A stretch of 64,000 nucleotides of DNA, from positions 46,409 to 110,408 of the forward strand of contig JAHIOQ010000051.1 in NCBI GenBank assembly GCA_018895275.1, written 5' to 3'. The position numbers and the translations under genes are program-made. Of the stretch, positions 21,020 to 31,064 are shown one piece after another. The stretch is from Candidatus Omnitrophota bacterium (lineage in GTDB: Bacteria; Omnitrophota; Gorgyraeia; B26-G9). Numbering within the stretch: position 1 is the first letter of the stretch; each line of letters opens with the position of its first letter. Under the pieces are notes generated by a model. That model had not been told where the DNA came from, did no database searches, and saw only the letters and a list, made by a program, of their open reading frames with translations.

Positions 21020-22220
21020 ATTTACTCCTGATGTATCCGGCGATGATTCGGCTTTTAACCGCCGCGGTGTTAAATGTTTTCAGCAGGCGGCCTTCGGCGA
21101 GTAATTCCGGGATAAAAAGCCCGGCCGGGAATTCGGCAACATCCTTCCTGGCTAGGAGAAACTCCGGCGTAAGCACCGGCTCCACATCGCAATCGGAAAA
21201 AACAAAATACTCATTCACCCAATCCGGCTTAAATCCCGGCGCAATCAGCTTTAGATACTCAATACATTCAGCCAAAAAAATCTCCGGCGTTTTGTTTTCC
21301 AAAACGCGCTGATAAACCGGAAAATAAACAACCGGCATTCCGTTAATCGCGGAGGTATCGATAACCACCTTCATGCCCTTTTGCGGATGCCGAACCATAA
21401 ACAGCCAGTATCCTTTTTTTAAGGGCTGTTTAAGCGATAAAAGCAGCGAGCGTACGCATAAATATTCCGGCGCGCAGGCATGGCCGATAACCCGCGTAAA
21501 ATCCGGACAGAGCAATTTCGTTTGCTTAACCGGCAGACAGCAAACCACACAGTCATATGTTATTGTTCCGGTTTTCGTTTTCAGCTGCCATTTATCCGCG
21601 CCGGCCGGGGCTATCTGCTCTACGTCCGTATCAAACATGAATTTCCCGCCCCGGCAGGATATCACCTCTTCCAAACGCTGCCATAACATATTCAATCCGC
21701 CGCGCAGGCTACCGATGCGCGTATTTTTTTTCTCTTTTAGCCGCGCCCAGATATACGCGGCACTCACATTTTCCGCGGCCCCAAATTTAAATTCCAGCAA
21801 AGGCCGAAAAAAACGTTCATAGCAATCAAGGCCGCATTCATTTTTAAGCCATTGCGCGGCGTCCTTCTCCAGCAACGCTCCGCTGTGTTTACGGCGATAA
21901 TTACGCAGCATAAACCAGGCCAGGCGCAATAAAGCCATTTTTGAGGCTGAGGAGCGGTTCCCGTCTACGTATGCCTCTTTTACCTTTGCCCAATACAATG
22001 AACCGCTCAGCCCAAGCGCGGCAATTACGCGGATAAGCTCCGTGTCGGATTTTGAGAAAAAATGGTTATACCGTTCTATAGTGGCTCCATCATGCCTGAA
22101 AATACCGCCCAGTCCGCCGCAGCGAGCCTCCTTTTCATAAATCGTTACCGCGCATTCCGGCAGCAAATGATACGCGCTCAGCAAGCCGCTGATTCCGGCC
22201 CCGATTACCGCTACCTTCAT
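20997..22220 (-). CDS. FAD-dependent oxidoreductase (amine oxidase/HemY-like fold)
   Basis: MKVAVIGAGISGL, YEKEARCGGL, ERYNHFF; ATGA overlap with the upstream gene. Confidence 0.82.
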   Translation of the reverse strand: MKVAVIGAGISGLLSAYHLLPECAVTIYEKEARCGGLGGIFRHDGATIERYNHFFSKSDTELIRVIAALGLSGSLYWAKVKEAYVDGNRSSASKMALLRLAWFMLRNYRRKHSGALLEKDAAQWLKNECGLDCYERFFRPLLEFKFGAAENVSAAYIWARLKEKKNTRIGSLRGGLNMLWQRLEEVISCRGGKFMFDTDVEQIAPAGADKWQLKTKTGTITYDCVVCCLPVKQTKLLCPDFTRVIGHACAPEYLCVRSLLLSLKQPLKKGYWLFMVRHPQKGMKVVIDTSAINGMPVVYFPVYQRVLENKTPEIFLAECIEYLKLIAPGFKPDWVNEYFVFSDCDVEPVLTPEFLLARKDVAEFPAGLFIPELLAEGRLLKTFNTAAVKSRIIAGYIRSKYVRDNTG

Positions 22221-23623
22221 GTCATGGCCCTGTCCCGGCCTTTGCGCGCAAACAGCAAAGACCAAAAAATTTTACACGCCGTAATAAACCGCCGAAAGTT
22301 TCCAATTGACCGCAGCCTTTTCCAAACATAGCCGGGACGAAAATAGAATTCGCGGACTGCCTGGTTTCGCATTAGCCATATCTTCTGCCTGCTCAAAAAT
22401 TCATTCCCCAGCACCGGAAACTTTGTGCGGTCAAAGGAATAATTGTCCTTTAGATGCGGATTCGCCTCCTCCAAGCGGCCGCGCAGCGCTGAACCGAAAT
22501 CCGGCACAAACACGGAGAATGCCGCGTAATCGCAGTCAAGCTCGCGGGCAAAGCCGATTGTCTGCCGCATGCTCGCCTCGTCTTCTCCCGGCAGGCCGAT
22601 TATAAAGAATCCGATCGTTTCGATGCCTTCTTTTTTGCAAAGTGAAAAGGCCTGTTTTACCGCACTGTTTTTTATCGGCTTTGCCAAGGCCCGCAATACG
22701 GTTTCATTCTTTGATTCCACGCCGAACTGTATCGTATGACATCCCGCCCGTTTCATAAGCCCTGCTAATTGCGCGTCAAAACAATCTGCCCGTGTCAAAC
22801 AATCCCAGCTTAGGTTGGTTTTTTCTTTAATCATCGCCCGGCAGATTTCCGCCGCATGCTCCCGGTCGGCGGTAAACGTAAAATCGGGGAAATGGATTTC
22901 GCTTATGCCCGCCCTGCGCAGCGCGATTAATTCCTCCAGGACATCGCCCCGGTTACGCAAACGAAAAGGCACGCCGGCACTCGAACAAAAACGGCATGCG
23001 TAGGGACAGCCGCTGCTGATAATCGCGCAGGTAAACGGAAACCTTCTTGCCTGCGGAGTACGGTAAGCGCGTAAAGGAAAAAGCTCATGGCGCGGCATTG
23101 GATAGGAAAACTCTTTCCCAGACATATCCCGTGCATTGTTAATAACAACACGCCGGCCGCGGCGGTAACCTAATCCGGGATAATCAGTGCACGGCCCCTG
23201 CACGAGGAAATCAATAATCCCTTTTTGCGTATAGTCAAGGATTAGCGCATCCAGAAAATCAAACCTTTCCAGAAAATCAGCGGGCTTCTCGCGCAAAAAC
23301 CCTCCGTTCGCGATCATCAGCGGCCCGCCATCGCTTTTTATTTTAGCGAATAAGGCAAAATCCTCATCCCGGCTTGCCGAAGAGGTAAGCGCGATAACCG
23401 CGTAAAAATCCCCCTCACGGATAATATCCAGGACGTGCTTCATCCCGTATCCCTGGACAATGGCATCGATAACCTTAATTTCGAAAACGTTATGCAGCAT
23501 ACCGCTTAAAACTAAAAGGTCAGCGGCCGGCCAGTAGTAATCGGCTTTTGCCGCGGAACTACAGTGCTGGTCGCGCAGATAACGGTTTCTGCCGGGAGGA
23601 TTTAAGAGAAGTATTTTTTTCAT
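22217..23623 (-). CDS. B12-binding domain radical SAM protein (HpnJ-like N-terminus)
   Basis: LLLNPP, SSGCPYACRFC, FGVES, FFIIGLPGE. Confidence 0.88.
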   Translation of the reverse strand: MKKILLLNPPGRNRYLRDQHCSSAAKADYYWPAADLLVLSGMLHNVFEIKVIDAIVQGYGMKHVLDIIREGDFYAVIALTSSASRDEDFALFAKIKSDGGPLMIANGGFLREKPADFLERFDFLDALILDYTQKGIIDFLVQGPCTDYPGLGYRRGRRVVINNARDMSGKEFSYPMPRHELFPLRAYRTPQARRFPFTCAIISSGCPYACRFCSSAGVPFRLRNRGDVLEELIALRRAGISEIHFPDFTFTADREHAAEICRAMIKEKTNLSWDCLTRADCFDAQLAGLMKRAGCHTIQFGVESKNETVLRALAKPIKNSAVKQAFSLCKKEGIETIGFFIIGLPGEDEASMRQTIGFARELDCDYAAFSVFVPDFGSALRGRLEEANPHLKDNYSFDRTKFPVLGNEFLSRQKIWLMRNQAVREFYFRPGYVWKRLRSIGNFRRFITACKIFWSLLFARKGRDRAMT

Positions 23624-23632
23624 CTCGCTAAG

Positions 23633-23661
23633 AGTATAACATAAGCGACCGTTGCGAGCAA
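23633..23661 (-). promoter_or_regulatory. sigma70-type promoter
   Basis: TTGCTC-17-TATACT with extended TG, 9 nt before the ATG at 23623. Confidence 0.55.
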
Positions 23662-23789
23662 ACCCGGATACTTTCGGCGTGAAAGATTCCCGTAGCTCCT
23701 AAGAGCTATTTACCTTGCAAATTTATTGAGGAAAAATATAGTTGTTTGTTAATATTATTTCTTTTGACTGCCTCTTCTGTGTTTCCTGC

Positions 23790-23818
23790 TTGCTTTAACA
23801 TGGGACTTCATATATAAT
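23790..23818 (+). promoter_or_regulatory. Candidate sigma70-type promoter of rpoN
   Basis: TTGCTT-17-TATAAT. Confidence 0.45.
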
Positions 23819-23976
23819 TAAATTAGTAATGGCACAATTTGCATGAAAATCACAATTTTCAAGCACCAAATTATGCCGTCACTATGGGATACCGAAGAAA
23901 TTTTTAAAAGAAGCGCTTCATTCGGGACAAATAGTTACCAAAACTAAATTTTCATTTAAATCCATACAGAGGTAAA

Positions 23977-25425
23977 ATGGCCTTTAAGCAGCGTTTGCTT
24001 CAAAAACAAATACAAAAAATGATTATGTCGGTTAAGATGCAGCAATCAATGCAGATACTGCAGCTGCCGATTGTCGAGATTGATCAGTTGATCGCGGAAG
24101 AAATAGCCTCCAATCCTCTACTGGAAGATAATTCGATATCCTTAAAAAATGACGCCGGGCCGGAACAAAGCCAAAACACGGACCCGGAGGCCGATTCCGA
24201 AGCAAAAATTCCCGACAATACCGTCTCGGAAACATCCCCCCTGGACTATGAAAAAAACAAAAATTTCGATTTGGACGAAAACATCTGGTCTTCAGACTTC
24301 ACGGATAGAAATAAGGTCGCCCAGGCGATAGAATCGCATAATTTTCAGGAAACGCTTATAACCAAGCCTTCCACGTTTCAGGAGGAACTTTTACTGCAAT
24401 TCCGTTTTATAAATGATGCCCCGGAAGACGTTGCCGTTGCCGAAGAAATCATCGGCAATATCGATGAAAACGGATATCTGGCGGCAAGCCTGGAAGAAAT
24501 CGCCGCTGCGATTGACTGCTCTATGGAAAAAACGGAAAAAATCCTAAAACAGATACAAAGCCTTGACCCCGCGGGTATCGGCGCGCGCGATTTAAAAGAA
24601 TGCCTGCTGATTCAGCTTCGCCGCCAGGGAAAATCCACTTCTATCGAGGCGGAAATCGTAGAAAAGTTCTTAAACGAATTGGCGGCAAAAAAATACGCGC
24701 TAATCAGCAAGGCCTTAAAAATTTCCCTGCCGCAGGTAAAAAAACACTCGGAACACATCAGCCGGCTGGACCCAAAACCCTGCCGTAATTATGCGCCCGG
24801 CACTTTAAGAATAGTGCCCGACGTAATTCTGGAGAAAACACCGGAGGGATACGAAATAATTATAAACACAAAAAATATCCCCGAACTTTCTATCAGCCAG
24901 ATGTACAAAAAGCTTATTAAGGACAAGGCCTGCCCGAAAGAAACGGTGCAATTCATAAAGGAAAAGCTCACCAGCGCGCAAAATCTTATTAACGGCCTGC
25001 AGCAGCGGCATCAGACCCTTGAAAAAGTAACCACCTGCATCTTTGAGTATCAGGATGAATTTCTTGAAAAGGGCTTAAATAGTATTAACCCCCTCACGCA
25101 CAAGGATGTCGCGGAAAAACTGGGGGTACACCCTTCGACTATCAGCAGAACCGTCGCGAATAAGTATATCCAAACGCCGTTTGGAACTTACGCGTTAAAG
25201 GTATTTTTCTCGCAGGCAATTCCCTCGGAAAAAGGCGGGATGTCAAACCAAAAGGTAAAGGCCGCCCTGGATGAAATCATTAAAACCGAACCCGATGATT
25301 CTCCCCTGAGAGACCAGGAGATTGTCGATATCCTAACGGGTAAAGGAATGCGCATTTCCCGGCGAACTGCGACAAAATACCGCAACGCGCTTAAGATACC
25401 TCCGGCGCATTTACGGCGAAAATAG
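23977..25425 (+). CDS. rpoN: RNA polymerase sigma-54 factor
   Basis: Q-rich N-terminus, NPLLE, DENGYL, DPAGIGARDLKECL, HPSTISR, RpoN box variant SRRTATKYRN. Confidence 0.96.
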   Translation: MAFKQRLLQKQIQKMIMSVKMQQSMQILQLPIVEIDQLIAEEIASNPLLEDNSISLKNDAGPEQSQNTDPEADSEAKIPDNTVSETSPLDYEKNKNFDLDENIWSSDFTDRNKVAQAIESHNFQETLITKPSTFQEELLLQFRFINDAPEDVAVAEEIIGNIDENGYLAASLEEIAAAIDCSMEKTEKILKQIQSLDPAGIGARDLKECLLIQLRRQGKSTSIEAEIVEKFLNELAAKKYALISKALKISLPQVKKHSEHISRLDPKPCRNYAPGTLRIVPDVILEKTPEGYEIIINTKNIPELSISQMYKKLIKDKACPKETVQFIKEKLTSAQNLINGLQQRHQTLEKVTTCIFEYQDEFLEKGLNSINPLTHKDVAEKLGVHPSTISRTVANKYIQTPFGTYALKVFFSQAIPSEKGGMSNQKVKAALDEIIKTEPDDSPLRDQEIVDILTGKGMRISRRTATKYRNALKIPPAHLRRK

Positions 25426-26682
25426 CTTTTGCGTATTTGAACTTTTTGACCAGGAAACAGACGTATAGCGAGAATCTATATCGGCAATCTTTTCCTTTGT
25501 CAAACCGTCCGCGCTCATTATCCACAATTGAGCGGAATTGTCCTTATCATAAAGCGGCAATACATAACTAAGGTATTTACCCTTATCGATCCAGCAGGGA
25601 TTACCGCCTGCCGTGGCTACCTGTATCTCATTGCTGCCGTCGGCATCCATAATCGTTAATCCGTCCGATTCAAAAACAACTTTATTATACTGTGACCAGT
25701 CAAGCGCTCCTGTTTTCGGATTATCAAAGGATAGTTTTTTCAGTTCTGACGAATAGATATCTCCCACCCAGACATTTTCTTTCCCGCCGAAGGTGATCTT
25801 CACGCCGCCCGGCGACCAGGCAAAGTTGCTTTTACAGGTAAGGTCAGTGGTTGTCAGTTTACGCATATCCTTGCCGTCCCGGTTCATAATCCATATTTGC
25901 CCTGAACGCAGAAAAGCCAGGTATAATCCGTCCGGGGACCAGCGCAGAAAATCAATGGACATAGGTTCATAAAAAGCGGTTAACTGCTGCACGGCTTTTG
26001 TCTGCGGCTCTATCGTATAAACATTATCCGCGCCGGCATCATTCGTTCCGATAAAAGCAACCAGATCCATAACCGGATTATAAGCCGGGCGGCCGGATTT
26101 ATAGGTTTCATCATCATCAATAAGCTGAATTTTATCCCTGGCCGCGGCATCTATCTGCCACAGCTTGCCATCCCAATCATAAACGATACTACGTTTATCT
26201 ACCGACCAAACGGGATTGCGGCCATCCACCAGCATCCGCTCTACCCGCGCATTGATACTGACAATAATAATTTTACCATCGGCGCCCACGCAAAGCGCCT
26301 GGGCCGGTGTCGAAAAAGCGGTTATAACAAGGGGCGTTCCTCCCGCTGACTTTATCTGCGGTGAGCAGCTTACATAATAAGACGTCGAAGGCAGCAGCGG
26401 TTCGAGCGGCTTAAAAAACAGCGTATTTTCTTTCCAACAAAATTTCCCCTTAACTTCCGGGTAGACATAAAAATTCTTTTCCACGGACTTCTTATCCATC
26501 GCTGCGCTGAACGTCACGGAAATTTCCGTTAAAGTATCCACATTCTCCGCGCCGAATTCCGGAGAAACCGCGCTGATATGCGGAATATTTTCCTGCGCGG
26601 CCGCCGGCAATACTGCCGCAACAACAGCAATCAGCAATAACATACCCTTTAGAAAACAATCAAGAATTCTCACTGTTCTCAC
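25411..26682 (-). CDS. Secreted protein with Ig-like (Big_5) domain and TolB-like beta-propeller
   Basis: Signal peptide, ISVTFSAAMDKKSV...LLPSTSYYV, WSPDG/WSPGG repeats. Confidence 0.78.
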   Translation of the reverse strand: MRTVRILDCFLKGMLLLIAVVAAVLPAAAQENIPHISAVSPEFGAENVDTLTEISVTFSAAMDKKSVEKNFYVYPEVKGKFCWKENTLFFKPLEPLLPSTSYYVSCSPQIKSAGGTPLVITAFSTPAQALCVGADGKIIIVSINARVERMLVDGRNPVWSVDKRSIVYDWDGKLWQIDAAARDKIQLIDDDETYKSGRPAYNPVMDLVAFIGTNDAGADNVYTIEPQTKAVQQLTAFYEPMSIDFLRWSPDGLYLAFLRSGQIWIMNRDGKDMRKLTTTDLTCKSNFAWSPGGVKITFGGKENVWVGDIYSSELKKLSFDNPKTGALDWSQYNKVVFESDGLTIMDADGSNEIQVATAGGNPCWIDKGKYLSYVLPLYDKDNSAQLWIMSADGLTKEKIADIDSRYTSVSWSKSSNTQKLFSP

Positions 26683-26691
26683 CGTTTATGA

Positions 26692-28119
26692 TTAGTCAAG
26701 GGTGCGTACCTCCATAATATTTGATGAAAAAAGCATATTATCGCTTGTGAGCATAATCACAACACGCTCGTGCCTGGCTGCCAGCCTATGCGTCTTGACC
26801 AATTCCACGCACTGCCGCAGTGTTTTCGGCAGGTCCTTGAATCCTTCTATCTTTATCGGAAATACCCCCCAGAACAGGATTAATTTTTTGTACACGGCAT
26901 CCTCGGAGGTAATTGCCGCCACCGCGCATCCCGGACGCAGACGGCTTAACCAGGATAAAGAACCGGCATTAAGGGTCGGCACGATAATAACCTTCGCCTT
27001 TATATTTGCGGCTACTTTTACGGCAGACAGGCTGAATGCCTCCAGCAATCCTTCCTCCTGTAGCGCTAATACATCATTCTTTGCCTGACGTATCCGGTGC
27101 AACTCAGATTCGGCCTTTTCCGCGATACGCACCATCGCCAACAGTGCCTCAACAGGAAAATTTCCCATTGCCGTTTCCTCGGAAAGCATCAGCGCATCGG
27201 TGCCGTCTATTATCGCGTTTGCCACGTCCGAAACCTCTGCCCGCGTCGGCTGCGGAGAGTTCACCATGGATTCGAGCATCTGGGTGGCGGTAATAACCGG
27301 CCGGCCGTACCGATTGCATTTTTTTATCAGTTCTTTCTGCAAAAACGGCACCTCGGAATAATCCGCCTCAATCCCGAGATCCCCGCGGGCGACCATAACC
27401 GCGTCGCTGGCGCGGATAATCCCATCAATCTCCTGAAACGCGATTTTTCTCTCTATTTTAGCGATAACAAAGATATTTTTGTTTTTTCTTTTAAGGAAAT
27501 TCTTCACTTTTATAATATCCCCGGGCCGTTGCACAAAAGATACCGCCACGAAGTCCACCCCGTTTTCCATCCCAAAGCGCAGGCATTTCATATCAAAAGG
27601 CGTTACGGAGGCGGTACGCAATATCCTCGTCGGGCAATTCACTCCTTTTCGCGGGTATATCCTTCCGCCTGTAAGCACCTCGCAAAACACCTCTTCGCGA
27701 TTGCGCGAGACCACCACAAGCTTCACCAGTGCGTCATTGAGATAAACAATATCTTTTTTCTTTAAATCCCGCACAAAAGCCGGGTCGTTAATCCCTACCC
27801 CCGCGGCATCACCGGCGATGTTTTTTGAAGTCAGGAAAAACCGCTGTCCCTTCCGCAACTCGACAAAATCACTTTTCAGCAGGCCGATACGGATTTTCGG
27901 GCCGGGAAGATCCTGTAAGACAGCTACCGATGCCCGCAGTTTTAGCGCCAGGCCACGCACGTTTTTCATACTTGCCCCATGTTCGGCAAAAACCCCGTGG
28001 GAAAAATTAAATCTGGCAATATCCATTCCGCCAAGAATCATCTTCTTTATTGTATCGGCATTTTTACAGGCCGGGCCTATCGTACAAACAACCTTAGTTT
28101 TATTCCAATACTGTTTCAT
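26692..28119 (-). CDS. pyk: Pyruvate kinase
   Basis: TKVVCTIGPA, ARFNFSHG, DLPGPKIR, MVARGDLG, TATQMLESM, PTRAEVSDVANA. Confidence 0.97.
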   Translation of the reverse strand: MKQYWNKTKVVCTIGPACKNADTIKKMILGGMDIARFNFSHGVFAEHGASMKNVRGLALKLRASVAVLQDLPGPKIRIGLLKSDFVELRKGQRFFLTSKNIAGDAAGVGINDPAFVRDLKKKDIVYLNDALVKLVVVSRNREEVFCEVLTGGRIYPRKGVNCPTRILRTASVTPFDMKCLRFGMENGVDFVAVSFVQRPGDIIKVKNFLKRKNKNIFVIAKIERKIAFQEIDGIIRASDAVMVARGDLGIEADYSEVPFLQKELIKKCNRYGRPVITATQMLESMVNSPQPTRAEVSDVANAIIDGTDALMLSEETAMGNFPVEALLAMVRIAEKAESELHRIRQAKNDVLALQEEGLLEAFSLSAVKVAANIKAKVIIVPTLNAGSLSWLSRLRPGCAVAAITSEDAVYKKLILFWGVFPIKIEGFKDLPKTLRQCVELVKTHRLAARHERVVIMLTSDNMLFSSNIMEVRTLD

Positions 28120-28478
28120 TCTTTCCTCCGGTACGATCGCCAATGCTCATAGGCAAACTCCATCAGGCGGTATCTATCCTCCGGATTTATCTCCAGAACC
28201 TTGATGCCTGCGTCAAAGTCATAAGTCCATTCCTTGCTGCTTTTCGTTATCCAGACGACCTTGCCTTTCATAAACGTGGGAATTATACTTCCCGGCAGCC
28301 ATATCTCCAACTTAAGTATTTTGCCGTTTTCGACGATTCTGTTCAAAGAGGCCTTCAGCCCTTCTTTGCTGAAATTAGTAAGCATTATCAAACCGTTAAT
28401 CCCGTCATCGGTCGCAAAAGTGCCTTCAAGAAACCCGCTCAGCCGCAAATACTTTCTCTTATCCGCATGTTCATCCAT
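28116..28478 (-). CDS. PilZ domain protein
   Basis: KRKYLR and NFSKEG motifs, GKVVW, AGIK. Confidence 0.85.
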   Translation of the reverse strand: MDEHADKRKYLRLSGFLEGTFATDDGINGLIMLTNFSKEGLKASLNRIVENGKILKLEIWLPGSIIPTFMKGKVVWITKSSKEWTYDFDAGIKVLEINPEDRYRLMEFAYEHWRSYRRKE

Positions 28479-28496
28479 TATCCGCCTCCTTAACCT

Positions 28497-28591
28497 AATA
28501 TCCTTTAGCCACTAAGACACTAAATTACAAAATATTTATTTTCTTCGTGCCTTGGTGTCTTCGTGGCAAATTTATTCGCCAAAAGTCAAAA
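28497..28591. mobile_element. Empty inverted-repeat element (CAC-AAG-type arms)
   Basis: GCCACTAAGACACTAAA...CTTCGTGCCTTGGTGTCTTCGTGGC; both ends match those of 38743-39048. Confidence 0.7.
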
Positions 28592-28654
28592 GTATTTTAT
28601 TTATTTTATCACAACCATCTTAAAAATAAAAGCTTTTGAAAGTGAACAGCCTTA

Positions 28655-30334
28655 CTACATCTCCAGATCCTTCAATGCCCGCGTCCCGGCCGACAAGGAC
28701 ACCCCGATTGTAATTATGCTCAAAAAAACAATAAATATCGCGGCATAAACTATAAGCTTTTTAAATAAAACCTCCGTTATTTGTTCCGTGATAAATAGAT
28801 GGAAAGGCAAAGCCAGCGCCGTAACGTTGACCGCTATATACAATAAGCACAATACCAAGGTTAAAGTTCCGCCGAATCCGGAAACAATCTGCGCCGGGTT
28901 ATCCTCCTTAAAATTCGGGAATAACGCCCCCAGCCCCGTACATAAACTAATCAAGGAAAAACACATTACCACCACGACCATCACGGACAACCACATAAGT
29001 TCAGGTGAAACGGACAGCATGGAATTAGACAGGAGAATCAAAGGCAGGCTTATACATAAAGCCGCAATGCTGTTAAACCAAAACTTTTCAAACAAAATAT
29101 CCCGCTTTTCCAAGGGCGCCAGGCCCAAAATCCAAAAACGCTTTCCCTCCAGACTGATTTGCGGAAAAACAAATCGCACGGATAAAGACGCTAAGGTCAA
29201 ATTAGTTGAGGATAGATTAAGAAAACAAATTATATTTTTCCAGAACGGAAGCACCTGCTCATAGCCTAAATTACGGATATTGGCAAAATAAATCGCCAGC
29301 AGCCCGAAAAATACCGTAAACTGCGACCATTGCACCGGGTCCCGCCAGAAAATCTTTATATCCTTAACCACCAAAGCTTGCGTTGCCAAAGGTAAAAAGC
29401 GCAGGCCGCGGCAGAATTTCGAGATTATATCCTTCTGCGGCAAAAATTCCCGCATCGTTCCGGAAGAACCGCTTCTAAGCCACCCTTCATAATAAAGCCT
29501 CCTCGCGAAAGCAATCCCGATATAGCTGAAAAAAAGCGCGTTACTCAGCAGCAAGAGCCACCAAAAAAGGCTTTCTACATAGAGGCCGGCAATAAATTTC
29601 ATAATTCCTTCGCTGATCCAGAAATTCGGAGCAAAAGCAAATTGGGAGAACCCAAAATGAGGGATAAAGTTAGTAAGCAGGAAAGACACCTCATTTTCCG
29701 ACTGAGAAACCGACCTCCCGGCAAGAAAGAGCCAAACGCACCCGGCAAAAAACAACCCGCTGACCGTCCAGCCGAGGACCTGATAAAATCTGCGCGGCAG
29801 GAATCGGATCAGCAATAAGGTAATTAAACAGCCGATTGCCGCGGCGATAACCGCGAACGGTACAAAAAAAACCAGTAAAAATACGTAAAACGTCCACTCC
29901 AGCTCTTTCACAAAAGCGTAAGCGCTGAGAATCGGCAATAAAAAACATAAAAACGTCCAGGAACTGAGGAAAATCGAATCGATAAATTTTATAAAGTATA
30001 TTTGCGCGTATTCCAACGGCAGGCTGAAAAAAAATGTGGTTTCCCGGGCGCGGTAACCGGTTGAATAACAGATAATACAATTGGAAAAGATAAGCATCAC
30101 AAACAGTCCCATGAAAAACAGATAAAGCAGCCGGTCGACAATTACCAATCCCAGGCTGCCCATAGATTCAAGAAACAAAAACGCGCGGTACGGCACATAA
30201 AACGCAGCGCTAATCAGGCCGATAAATACCAGCCACACGATAAAAATTTTAAGCCGGGAATGCTTCTTTATTCCGGCCAGCCTGTTTTTTACCGCTGATA
30301 CGCGGGCTCTAAATACCTGTTCCACCGCAGCCAT
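28655..30334 (-). CDS. Putative ABC exporter permease
   Basis: Polytopic membrane protein, KDIKIFWRDPVQWSQ, RFVFPQISLEGKRFWIL; follows an ABC ATPase. Confidence 0.82.
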   Translation of the reverse strand: MAAVEQVFRARVSAVKNRLAGIKKHSRLKIFIVWLVFIGLISAAFYVPYRAFLFLESMGSLGLVIVDRLLYLFFMGLFVMLIFSNCIICYSTGYRARETTFFFSLPLEYAQIYFIKFIDSIFLSSWTFLCFLLPILSAYAFVKELEWTFYVFLLVFFVPFAVIAAAIGCLITLLLIRFLPRRFYQVLGWTVSGLFFAGCVWLFLAGRSVSQSENEVSFLLTNFIPHFGFSQFAFAPNFWISEGIMKFIAGLYVESLFWWLLLLSNALFFSYIGIAFARRLYYEGWLRSGSSGTMREFLPQKDIISKFCRGLRFLPLATQALVVKDIKIFWRDPVQWSQFTVFFGLLAIYFANIRNLGYEQVLPFWKNIICFLNLSSTNLTLASLSVRFVFPQISLEGKRFWILGLAPLEKRDILFEKFWFNSIAALCISLPLILLSNSMLSVSPELMWLSVMVVVVMCFSLISLCTGLGALFPNFKEDNPAQIVSGFGGTLTLVLCLLYIAVNVTALALPFHLFITEQITEVLFKKLIVYAAIFIVFLSIITIGVSLSAGTRALKDLEM

Positions 30335-30335
30335 T

Positions 30336-31064
30336 TCAAGATTCCTCTTCGGTTAGGCGCAGGAAGACATCTTCCAATTTTCCGTGTACGCCTGAGGACA
30401 CCTTTAATTCCTCCAGGGTTCCCACGGCAATAAGCCGGCCTTTATCGATGATTCCGATGCGGTCGGCGATTTCCTCGGCAACATTCAGCGTATGCGTGGA
30501 CAAGAATATCGTTACCCCCTGCCTTGACTTCTGTTTCAGGATATCCTTTACGATACGGCTTGAATGCGGGTCCAATCCGACCATCGGCTCATCGATAATC
30601 ATCACCTTAGGTTCATGCAAAAGCGCCGCGGCAAATACCAGCTTCTGCCGCATGCCGTGAGAATAATTTTCGATCAGGTGATATTTATGATTATCGAGCC
30701 CGAATTGAAAGAGAAGTTCATCCTTCATTTTCATTTGTTTTTCCCGGTTCGAACTAGGATAAAGGTTCAGGACAAAATCCAGGAACTCCGCCCCCGTCAG
30801 CTTGTCGTAAAGAAAAGGAGCATCCGGGATATAGCTCAAAAGCGTTTTTGCTTTCAGATAATCCCTTTGGATATCATACCCGCACAGCTGCGCGCGGCCC
30901 TGTGTCGGCTTTAACAGCCCGACAAGCGTCTTAATCGTCGTCGTCTTGCCCGCGGCATTCGGCCCTAAAAAAGCGAAAAACTCTCCCGTGCCTATTTCCA
31001 GATTAAGCGCATCAACCGCGACCAGCTCCCCAAACCGTTTCGTAAGATTTTCAATCAGGATCAT
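30336..31064 (-). CDS. ABC transporter ATP-binding protein
   Basis: GPNAAGKTT, YSHGMRQK, IIDEP, STH. Confidence 0.95.
   Translation of the reverse strand: MILIENLTKRFGELVAVDALNLEIGTGEFFAFLGPNAAGKTTTIKTLVGLLKPTQGRAQLCGYDIQRDYLKAKTLLSYIPDAPFLYDKLTGAEFLDFVLNLYPSSNREKQMKMKDELLFQFGLDNHKYHLIENYSHGMRQKLVFAAALLHEPKVMIIDEPMVGLDPHSSRIVKDILKQKSRQGVTIFLSTHTLNVAEEIADRIGIIDKGRLIAVGTLEELKVSSGVHGKLEDVFLRLTEEES

Noticed and set aside
23830-23843. TGGCACAATTTGCA upstream of rpoN, resembling a sigma-54 promoter
   Set aside because: Only 8 nt between GG and GC; sigma-54 needs 10
23847-23872. AAATCACAATTTTCAAGCACCAAATT, a 7-nt periodic tract (similar weak tracts near 11615-11646)
   Set aside because: Too short, no partner arm or associated ORF; cannot be separated from chance
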